DNA of 63,995 nt, filler included, from Sluysia triapertura (taxonomy: Eukaryota): the NCBI GenBank assembly GCA_046118255.1. It is 5 parts of 5 records of this genome, joined end to end, with 100 filler letters (N's around TTAATTAATTAA, not from the genome) between each part and the next. Parts side by side here need not be neighbours in the genome. Positions count along the whole stretch, not along the records: positions 53,059 to 63,995 come from JBJNIA010191240.1; 4 more parts are not named here. One strand, given 5' to 3'. The position numbers and the translations under genes were made by a program. Under the pieces are notes generated by a model, which did not search any database, was not told the DNA's origin, and worked only from the letters and a program-made list of their open reading frames with translations. Shown here in pieces: positions 53,059 to 63,995 of this stretch. Within the stretch, counting starts at the first letter, position 1. Each line of letters opens with the position of its first letter.

Positions 53059-56000
53059 TTAAAAATTGTGTGATGAATTGTGTGAATTTAGTTATGTGAA
53101 AAGATATATATACCTATTTTTTGTGAAGGTCATTGTAGGTTTAGTTAAACAATTATAATAATTTTAATAGTTTCAATAATTTTAATAATAATATCTTAAC
53201 AAATAATAATGTTTAATAATACATAATTTTTAAAATAATGTTCAATATTAAATGATCAAGAACTTTTAAATAATAGAATAAAAATTATGAAAATAATAAA
53301 AATTATAAATTTAACTAACTTGGAAGATGGTAATGCCAAATGAAAATTAATCCCTTGATAAAATAAAATTTAAATTTAAATGAATCCTTTTTGATAAAAT
53401 AATTGATAAAATGATGAAAATTAAGATTTAAATGAATTTATATAATTAATATTTATGTTTAAATTAAGATTTAAATTTATGTTTATTATTTATTACTAAC
53501 TATTTACAATCTAAACTTTGGACCTTTAATTTAACTTTTACTGACGTTTACAATATTATGAGTGTAGAATTATGTTTTTAAATATAAAAAACACTAATTT
53601 ATATCATATTTTCCATTGATTTTGTACTATGACCCAAAAAATTATCGTGATAATATAGCTGAGTTCATCTATATATTTCATGTAATATTATAATCCAAGT
53701 ATACAGTCGCACAGATTCATTTATTTGTTAGTTGATTTGTATTAGTTGTGATTGTTAGTATTCGGTTTAATAAATTTATTGGTTCTTCTGGTGCTCACAT
53801 GTTCCAATCTATATTTCTTGCATTATGTTTTTGTTTTATTTTGATTACTTTTTTGTTTTAAGACATTTATTTTTTCAGTTACTACGATGTTATACTTTTA
53901 ATTTATTGTTTAATTTTATTTATTGTAATGTTATTTTGTTAATACTAAGCAATATTTTTAGCTTTAAATATTTCTAGTTAATGAAATAATTTCAATTTAA
54001 TTATTATGAAAGGGAAAAATTTTAATATTTGAATAATTTTTGTGTGTATTATGTGAATTATAAGTTTAATTATGACTAGATTATTGTAATTGGTTATACG
54101 ATTGCTTGTTTTGCAATTAATAAGATCTTTTAAGTTACTTTTTATATTATTTATTTCAATATAAACGATCAAATAAAATAAATTAACGACATAAACACGA
54201 ACACTTGATATATTAAAAACTTTATCTACACGATTATATTCAAAAACAAAAGAGTAAATCTCAAGCTAAGAGTAGATTTAGTTGTGAACAACCGTATGTA
54301 AAACTGATTTTATAAATTGATTTTTAAGAAGAATATCATCACTTAGTCAAATTTGGTAACAATATGACTTACTAAAATACTTCAACAAAAAGCATCAAGC
54401 ATATTCTTGAAAAATTAAATACCACATTTTTTTATAAATTGAACTGTTGAGTTTTAAGAGATAAGTCTTTTTCTACACGGACTTGTTAATACATAATTGG
54501 ATATACATCTGTATAGCACTTTCCTTAAATCACAACTAGTCAAAATTTGAGCATTGGAGTAATGGTTTAGATAATAATGATGACTAAAACTCGTGTAGGA
54601 ATCATTTGTTTGCACATTCATAGAATACCATGAAATATCGAACTTACCCAATTCTTCTCTTGAATAAAACTTTTGTTAAAACTTTACAAAAACAGCATAC
54701 TACATTATCTAAATATTTATAAACATTGGGATCAAGGTAATATTCATCTAATATCAGGATTAAGATTCGAAGTTAAATTTTGTGATTGTACAAGTAGATC
54801 GATGAATGATTCAATGATCTACTTATCGTGCAAAAAATATTTTTACATCGACTTTGATTAATGATAATGTACTTTGTTAAACTTTAAAATAAAACTACAA
54901 ATAATGTGTTGATTATTGTGCCAGCCACTAATTTTATTTGCCTATAAATATAAATTAAATAGCAACTTCATACGTTACAGTAAATTAAAAAATTATTAAA
55001 ATTTTATTATTATTATTATTATTATTCTGCAATTATGATAATTATTATCGTACATATGCATTCACATTATTATGCATGTGAAAACAACCTTCATCTTTTA
55101 ATGAAATTGGTTTTCGATTTTTGGAAAACAGTGAAATAGAATATGAGTCTCCGTTGAGCTTTTACAATTCTCAGACCAAACCAGAATCGAAGTAATTGTT
55201 ACCAAAAATGCTCCATGTTTTGAGTGTTTATTGGGATTTAAAAGTTGCACGGAATGTGAATTTTTACGATAGTTGGCCTGTTCAACAACATAATCAATAA
55301 AGTCAGAAAGTTAAGACAAAAGCCACCATTGAGCAGCTATTTTTAATACATAACACAAATCCTAACTAACATAGAATGAAATCACAAGATCTGAGTTTTT
55401 CCAATTGCATCATCCTCTAAAAAAGCTCAAATATGTTAACCTTTTTTGTTAAAATTCTATTTATTCTTTTTAAATATTTTTCTTATATTTGTCGGATCAC
55501 TTATCTAGATCTGTAACATTTTATTACCTTTATCATAAATCATTGATGGAAAATCTATGACACGTGATGAAATTTCATTGGCAAGTAAAAATAAAAATTT
55601 ACTTTCTTGGAAATTATAAATAGTCAAAAAAATTATTTTAATTCAATTTTTGTTTCTTACTATAATTTGTTATTTTTATATTGTTTTTAAGTAAGTATTG
55701 TATTTCTATTTGTATTTTGTAAATAGATAAGTTCATTTTATTAAAAACTCAATTATTCGACACTCGACAAACCCTAACACATATTTCCCTTTTTGTCGCC
55801 CATCTTCCGAAAAAGGTTTGTCATGACATAAACACACATTCTTGATTAAATTAAAATCTGTATTTTGATGACCATATTATAGAATTTGAGTGACGGAAGA
55901 AAATTTATGTGCATTACAACTATCTTTATTTTGATTATAAATATAACGATATCAGAGCACATTGTATGTGTGTCCAATAAACTCAAATAATGAATATTTT

Positions 56001-56331
56001 TGATAATAATTTCAATAATGAAATTCTTTTAATTTAAATATTAATATTAATATAAATTTAAATTTTCTGTTATGAATTTAACAAACACACATTACACATT
56101 TTCTATTCATATTAATTATTTTATAAATATTTATAATTTTTATTTGACATGTTTTTGATTGATAAAACGGAAAATAATAATAGAATTGAAAACTCGTATT
56201 ACTCATTAAACGATATATTTCATATTGCATAAATAAAACATTTTACAAAACTAAATGATATTTTGTTCCAATGCATTGCCTAGAAAGTTTGAAAACTTTG
56301 ATGTCACTACACAATTTATTCTGATTTTTAA

Positions 56332-56512
56332 CACTAAACGTACCACGACCGGTCTAATGACGTTTTTACTTTAAAAAAATACTATGAAATTGTATTGTTT
56401 TTAACTATTTTATAATAGGATTTTTATTTTTGTATAAAATTTTCTATTTAATTATATATATACCGGTCAAATGACTGGTGATGGTATGAATCAAGCCTTG
56501 GTACATTTAGTA
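56332..56512. mobile_element. piggyBac-type MITE (181 bp)
   Basis: TTAA on both sides; TIRs cactaaacgtacca / tggtacatttagta (12/14); internal repeat accggtc.aatgac at 56348 and 56462. Confidence 0.75.
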
Positions 56513-57980
56513 TTAAATCTGTAAATGTATCTCATATAAATTGATTGTGCTCATCAAAACTTTTTCAAAAAACAAATTGTTTAACAATTTCTCATACTTT
56601 AAAATCTGGGAAGAGAAAGTGACGCTGTATAATCATAGTATTGTAAATAATAATATTAAATGTAAAATAATATTAAACATGTAAATTTCTGTTAATTTGA
56701 TTTTAAAATTTAATTTTGTTGAATATTAATTGTAAATAATTCTAATAATTTCGAAAAGTTAAGTTTTTAATTATAATTATATTTGAACTCTGACATTTAA
56801 TCTAATCGAAATTAAAAATTTTTAAACAATTTATAAATATTCAGAACTTAATCTATAAATAATAATTTTACAAATATTTATTTTGAACTTTATCGCAAAA
56901 TTTTAACTGGAAAATTCATTATTCAATTAACGGAAATAAATAATTCTACGGAAATAATTTGGAATTTAATCTATAAATAATTTTTCTGTAGTACCTTAAG
57001 TAAGCTTATTTTTGTTAGGTTTAAGACACTGATAAAAGTTGTCTCAACATTCAACTTAAAATCATTTAAATTTTTATGCCCAAAGATTAACTCTGGGTCA
57101 AATTAATTTAAATTAAAATTTGAAAATTTATGTTTTATTTATATATTTTCTTTTGTTTGATACATATATATTATTTGTTAAAAAATTGTTTTAATAAATT
57201 CTTGTTTTTTTAAAAAGTTTTTTATTTTTAAGCAACAAAAGGTTCCATAGAAATATAAAATTAAAACCAAGATTAAAAGATTAGAATATAACGTGTAAGA
57301 ACTTGACACAGTGACCCTCAGCATCAACTTTTCTTTTAGTAAAATCCTACGTAGGTGTCCTTCCTTAAGATAAATCGCTTAACGTAGGCGAACCCAGTCT
57401 TTTTTGAAAGTATTCATAATTGTTCAGCAAATAAAAGCGAACAGTATGAAAATATTGTATAAGGTAATTTCTAAAACAAAACTTTTTGAATATATTTCTG
57501 TTTTCGGTGATATTCTGTGTAATATTTAAAGTATTAAAATTAACCCCATGATTACCAAGAAAAAATTACGTAGATTACTAAGCACGGACAAAATTGTCCA
57601 CAATAAATTTCATATTTAAACACACTCATTACACAGTATTACCTTCTTGGAATCTAAAAGATAAATATAATTGTTGCATTTACCATATATACTAGAAATT
57701 CTTTTAGTTTTTTGTTTTTCTTTGTGTATGGCAGAAAATAAAGTACCTTCCTCGGAATGTTGTTCTTGTTGTTATGTTTAAATTTTTCTCTGTGTATATG
57801 GCTTTGAGTCCGCTCAAAACATCAGTGTGCAGTCCAACAATGTTTCTTTTTTCTACATGAGGTTTGACTAAAGCAAAGTTAAAATGGAAAATAATTAAAA
57901 ATTTACGTTTTATGAAGCCGAAATGATTTGATAATGATTTCAATAAAAAGATTATTATTATCATTATTATTATTATTTAG

Positions 57981-59257
57981 ATGGAACCGATTCAAAATGA
58001 AGCTCAAATAAATACGAATGCAAATGAGGTAATATTAGTAAGTGCTTGACCCAAGACTACTTTTAAATAAGATTATTAAGACTTATTTGTTTATTATAAA
58101 TCAATAAATGATAATCATAATATTTCTTTTTTATTGTTTTAATATTTTATAATTTTTGATAAATAAAATATTCTTCAATAATGTCATCATTAACATCTGT
58201 AAAAAAATACTTAATATATAGGAAAAATAATATTAATCTAAATTATAATTTCAAAGTATTTGTTTTAAAAAGATTCTTTTTCACTGTAATCATACTACTA
58301 CTTTAAATAAATCATCTTTTAAGTTGTAGATAATTTTCATTTCTATTTTTATACGTTAGATTGAAATAGTAAAATTTATTTTATCTATATTATTTATTAA
58401 TTTTCCATCTTTTGAAACGCTAATCAGAATAGTTTTAGTCATTGTAAGTTCACACATTTTTTTAGTTTAATAAAACAATAACAAAAATTTTACAGGATAT
58501 CAATATCTGTGTCACTTAAATGAGCAAAAATTATAGTCATTGTTTGATTAAAATAGAAAATGTTATGATCCATCTTTAGTATTTTTATTTCATGTAATAA
58601 AAATAAAATAAAATTCAGATTAAACCAAATGCAAGTATCATTTCATTTTTCTTGTAATTTCCTCTTTTTACACAAAAACTTAGAATGGTATTTTCTTCTG
58701 TCAGAAATGCTTAACTTTTTTGGTTAGTTGGTAAAAATTCGAATTATCTTACTATATAATTAATATATATAGTAATAATATATGCGTTACCATAAATATT
58801 AATATAATGATACAGGAATACAAATAGTACAAGAATAAATCCTTTATTGTACAAATTTCTATACATATTAATAAAATAAGTGTCTTCAAAATAGCAATAT
58901 CTCTCATTTACTGATACTGACAAAGTAGACCTTATGAGATGTTAAAGATATGTATAAATTAATAACATAGTTTTGATTTTATCGAAAGCAATCTTAATTT
59001 TTTAAATTTCTTTTTGCAAGAAAGTAAATACTTTTCGGGCAAATCAATATTCTGTATCATATTTCATATTTTATAAAAATGAATATTAATAAAAGTACTT
59101 TTAAAGCAATTAAACAGAAATATTTTCTTATAAACTATTTGAACAGGAAAATGAAAATCAAATTGAACATCATCAGTATAGTGAAGAAGAAGAAAAAGCA
59201 GCCATTATTATTCAGGCTGGTATACGTGGTCATTTAACACGTAAACGTGTAAGATAA
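57981..59257 (+). CDS. Small acidic IQ-motif (calmodulin-binding) protein; exons 57981-58028 and 59147-59257
   Basis: ttag|ATG..GAG|gtaat and cag|GAA phase-0 join gives MEPIQNEAQINTNANE-ENENQIEHHQYSEEEEKAAIIIQAGIRGHLTRKRVR* (52 aa) with canonical IQxxxRGxxxR. Confidence 0.7.
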
Positions 59258-59905
59258 TTTCCTGACATTTTTCATTTCATTCTATATAAAAATTTATACG
59301 CTTATAATCAAATGAACATAGAAAGTATTGTACAGTGTTTTTTAATTAATTTGCTTTAATTCTTTTTGATGTTTATTATTTTAAATAGTGTACTTTTACT
59401 TTTTATTGAAACAATGAAATTATTAGTTGAGAATCTCTATTAGGTTAGACTTTAAAAAATCCCAATAAAGCTAAACTCGAAGAGAAGTTTAATGCAAACA
59501 TATTTTAGAAGCACGTTTCCCAATTCAATTTGAGATTGTCAAATTATTCAGAAATTTCTAAATAATAAGATTATAGATTTATTTGAAAATTTATGTGCAA
59601 ATTTAACTTACCTACTAAATTTTAGTAAAGAATCGATTATTTATGTGCGTTTTATCAATAGAAAAAGTCTCATTAAATGAAATAGACTTTAATTTTATTG
59701 ACAAGATTATTAAACTGACTTTAATTTGCAAAACTTACCCACAATTTAATTTCTGATTGATTTAATAAAAGAAATTTGGTATGAAGTTCTATGTCCCTTC
59801 TTGTTCGAAACATTGGTTTCACAATTACGGTATAATCCAAAGACATGAAATAAGACAAACACTTGAACTATTCCGTCGCAGATTACTTAGAAGATTCGTT
59901 TGTTA

Positions 59906-60402
59906 TCGTGTTTCCCCGAAAATAAGTCAGGGCTTATATTAATTTTCACTCGAAAATATGACTAGGTCCTCTTTTCATCTATCGAAAAACAAAGTTACAA
60001 AGTAGAGAATTATGATAGATAATTTCTAACAGATAGTCTAATTATCTCTCATGTTTTTCAGTTGGAACGCAACCTTTAGTTGATTATTTATAAATTTCAT
60101 TTAAAATTTAAACTTGTTTCTGTCACAATGAACATTCTTAATTTAACTGATTTTCATTATTTTGTCATTATCATAGTTATTGTGCGGCAAAGGAGAATGA
60201 TTTGACAATGAAAGTAACTAAGAATGTATTGTAATTTAAAGCTAATTGGGCTTTAAATACAGTTGTATATGCTAAACAATGCATTGAACGCCGTCTCAGG
60301 CCATTTCTTGACTTATTAGGTATCCTAATCGGCTATCAACAAAAGCCTATTTTATGAGTAAGTCTTAAGCGTCACGCTAGGTCTTATTTTCGAGAAAATA
60401 CC
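59906..60402. mobile_element. Tc1/mariner-pogo-type non-autonomous element
   Basis: TA flanks; TIRs tcgtgtttccccgaaaataag / cttattttcgagaaaatacc; internal ctaggtc repeats. Confidence 0.7.
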
Positions 60403-63400
60403 TATAAAGAATTAAGTATTTAAAAGTTTATTTTTGACCTGTTTTGATATATCATAAGCGTACTTTTGAAACCACTTAGAAATTTTATAATTTGTATTTT
60501 ATTATCATTTAATATTGCACTATTTAAAATTATATTCCAAATAACAATACTGATAAATATTTTCTATGTTCCACATGTTTTGCATTGAGGAATTGTAAAT
60601 CTAATAATAGAATAAAATAGAATTTCAAACCCAATATGTATAATTTTACTAAACAAACAACTGTTAACATAAGTAATACTCAACTCATAAGTTGCTCAAT
60701 TCATAACATAATTTTACTGTCTCATCAGTATACAGTTACCAAACAATTCATAAAATTTAACAAAACCTTGAATGGTAATTTTCATGTATATTGTTACTGA
60801 TTAAAGCATTATTCAATTATAATGTTTATAAAAAAAATATTGTACAAAGGTCATGTTTATGCTTCAATATAACTTTTACTTTATACTATTAAGTATCATT
60901 ATATCACAGCTTTAGAACCTTTAAGTGTATTAGCACTTTAAATGCTTAATAATAAATTTTATGAAGTAATATTTAATTTAATAACTTTATAATATAATAT
61001 AATAATAGTAACAATAATAATAAATCTGCGTAAAATCCTAGGTATTAACGTGACAAATTAAAAGTTATGCTCCCAAACCAATAAATTATCAATTGACTAC
61101 ATTAGCTGTTAATTCATATTTCATTGGAGCAATCTTAAAACAAAAAATTGTTGGTGCTTATATTAAAGTTTATTTTGTAACTCCCATTTATAGTATTATA
61201 ATTATTAGTGAAGCGGAAGGTTTACAATATAATTATAATAAGCGCATTTCACAATAGATTTAGTTTTACATATTAAATGTCATTCAAAAATGATGATAGA
61301 AACATAGTATTTGACTTATTCGAAGAAGACAATTTAAAAATGAATTTATTCTGATAATAGCAAGCAAATAAAAGTTGCAATATTTTAAAGATCAGAATAA
61401 TTGTCTAATAAACACAAAAATTGTTAAATCATAATTGACAACCATTGAAAAATTAGTTTTAGCTAGTATTCTTCATGGATGACAGGGTTTGCAAATAAAA
61501 TTTATGATTGAAAGTGAAAATTTGGAAAACCTAAGTTTCATTAAATTCCGTGCAGATGATATTTCTAAACCAATATGCCTAAATGAAACGAAGTTATTCA
61601 GAGAACTTAATATTAATGAAAAAGAAGACTAACTGGATAAATACTATTGTTACAAGATTAACAAGACAATTTAAGAAATTCGTTTCTGGATATTAGATAA
61701 GTTAATTGCAATAAGTCACTTAGATGTCAAAATGTGTACAAGATTCATAAAAATTGCTTATTATTTAATTAATGAGTTAAATCCATGCTTAGTAACAAAT
61801 AGTAATTTTAATTATCGGTTATATTCAAAAATGGAAATCACTTTGATACTTGTTTATCATTGAACAAAACTTAATGAATTTTGATAATATTTTGGAATTT
61901 AACAAGACTCAAATGTTCTTCTTGCGACTAAAGTTGATTTAAAGAAGTTGTCTAAGCACATGAATTTGTCTGATGACAATTTGGGTATTGGTGACGAATT
62001 GAAAGTGTGTAACAGTGAGGAAGACTACGAACGACTTACCCGAAGCTCTTTAAAAAGAAAAGTCAATCTAGTTAATGAAGATAGATAAAACATTAATTTG
62101 AAAGTTAATATTTACAACAAACAATATGCAGCTTCTTATGCTCTAGGTATAAATAGTAAAGGAAACCAATTTATAATGAATCTAGATTTTTAAATACAAT
62201 GCCGGAAAATACTGATTTCTTACAAGGAATCCGTAACAATTCATATGTCTCAATTAAAATTTTGTACAAACCTTATAGTAAGTCTTTGATATTTTATTTT
62301 TATTATAGACTTCAGTTCAAAACAATAATGTATTATAATTGATCAAGTTGTTTATTATTCTTTTGTTTTTCAATTAATGTCAAATTTCTGATTATGCGCC
62401 CAGAATTAATCAATAATTAATCAATAATTACTAATACATATATGCGGAAAATAATTTTAAGCTCTTTTGGATTTAAGTCTGGGACGGGAAATGAAATAAA
62501 TTCTCTCTTATTTTCATTATTTGGCTGTGAGATTGAAATTAATTTTAACCGAAATTCGAAACTGTTTTACATTATAATGAAACTACTAAGTCATAACTTA
62601 TATAATAATCTACCAGGTAAATAGAGTTCTTCTTAAGTTTAAGACTAAATATTCAGACTGAATGCAGTTAATAAACAAATGTTGGAAAATAGATTCTGAT
62701 ACGTTGTACATTCACATAAGAACAAAACTCTATATATGAAACTATAAATGTTTACTTTAATCATGCCATTAATACCAATAAGAATAAAGAACCTCATAAT
62801 TCAAAGTGACATTAGTAACAAAAATTAAACTCTTTCATACTTAGTAAAATCCACTCGGTTTAACCTCATTTTCATCTTAACACCTACATCAATTTACTTT
62901 TCTAATGCATCTTACACAGTTACAAATCATTCAATAATGTCACATTAATCGACCCCACTAGAAAAATAGTATCATGAAGACATTAGAAAATTGGTGTCTA
63001 GTCATTGCATCAGAATTTTGAAAAAATTAATTTAAAATTACAAATAATAATTACAAGTAATAATTATATTTTAAAAATTTAGTTTCTAAAATGTGTTAAA
63101 GGTCACACATACAACAATTACTAAGAAACAATTAACAACTTCGTATTCTTTGAAATTAATTTAATAATTTTAAAAATTAAAACATTAATAATAAATTAAA
63201 ATAATAATAATAATTTATGTAGTGCTAATATCTACTATAAAAAAAGTACTCAAAAGCGCTTAACACGTTCGTTGCCAAATAAGAGTTATCTCATAGGTAG
63301 AAGTTTGTGTTAAAAAAATAATTCATAATATTTCTGAAATAGAAAGAACTTTTACATATGTAATAATCTTCTATTAACATTCTGTGGTAGTTGATTTTGA

Positions 63401-63995
63401 AACATAAACGGTGTAAAACCTATTAATGTGGAACTATAAATCGGAAATAATTTACTAAATGTAATTTCTGTATATTAAAAAAGAAATATATTTTTTAATG
63501 TTTTTATTTATTTCTATTGATGAATGTTTTATTTGAAAATAAAAGATTTATCGAATAAATCGAACAGTATTGAAAAACTCAGAAACCAAAATGAACATGA
63601 TATATTAATTTGTACAGAATCTAAAGTGAGTTATAGGTTATGTACCGTTTATGTTATATAAGTCTACAGCCATTTACCAAATAATTGGAAGCTTGCGAAA
63701 AATTTAAGAAAACCAAATTCTTTATATTTCAAAAATATTATACAATGACTTATTTTTTAAGCACTTTTCATTAATTATTTTATAGAAATTTTAGCGCTCT
63801 TTAAATTAATATATTATTACTTATGGTTGAAATAAAAATGATATATAATAATGTTGCCTTTTAAAATACTTCAATTTAATTTAATTTATTTTTATTTTAA
63901 CTTTAACCCCTTAACGCGCGTTTTTTTTATTTCACATAATTAATAGATACATGTATTTGAATGTAAAAATGTAATATTTTAACATAAAAACAATC

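Noticed and set aside
55080-55440. Coding-like stretch with open frames on both strands
   Set aside because: No consistent exon structure or recognisable motif, and not GSS.
61300-62250. Possible decayed DNA-transposase region
   Set aside because: Coding-like composition but no diagnostic motif recoverable.

Overview
Very AT-rich eukaryotic (invertebrate animal) DNA, assembled from five contigs joined by artificial 100-nt N spacers that each contain a TTAATTAATTAA six-frame stop linker, so adjacency across the gaps is unproven. Tiny 33-41 nt introns suggest a compact genome such as an orthonectid; this is inference only. Host genes: a rhodopsin-family peptide GPCR (32619-33845, -), the first four exons of glutathione synthetase (42396-49703, +) and a small spliced IQ-motif protein (57981-59257, +). 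The rest is mostly decayed mobile DNA: a Ty3/Gypsy element, R2-like and L2/CR1-like non-LTR remnants, a Merlin transposase remnant, a solo LTR, and piggyBac- and pogo-type MITEs. Most notable: (1) the Gypsy element has a chuvirus/gB-like envelope gene upstream of pol and a second retropepsin plus membrane ORFs downstream of integrase; (2) disabled intronless copies of two histone chaperones (SET/TAF-I and the DAXX H3.3-binding domain) lie side by side in one GSS intron; (3) a repeated ~1 kb leader with position-conserved but sequence-divergent hairpins precedes different host-like ORFs; (4) a repeated HSE-CCAAT-TATA-YY1 cassette precedes tandem orphan paralogues. All family assignments come from motif recognition by eye; no searches were run.
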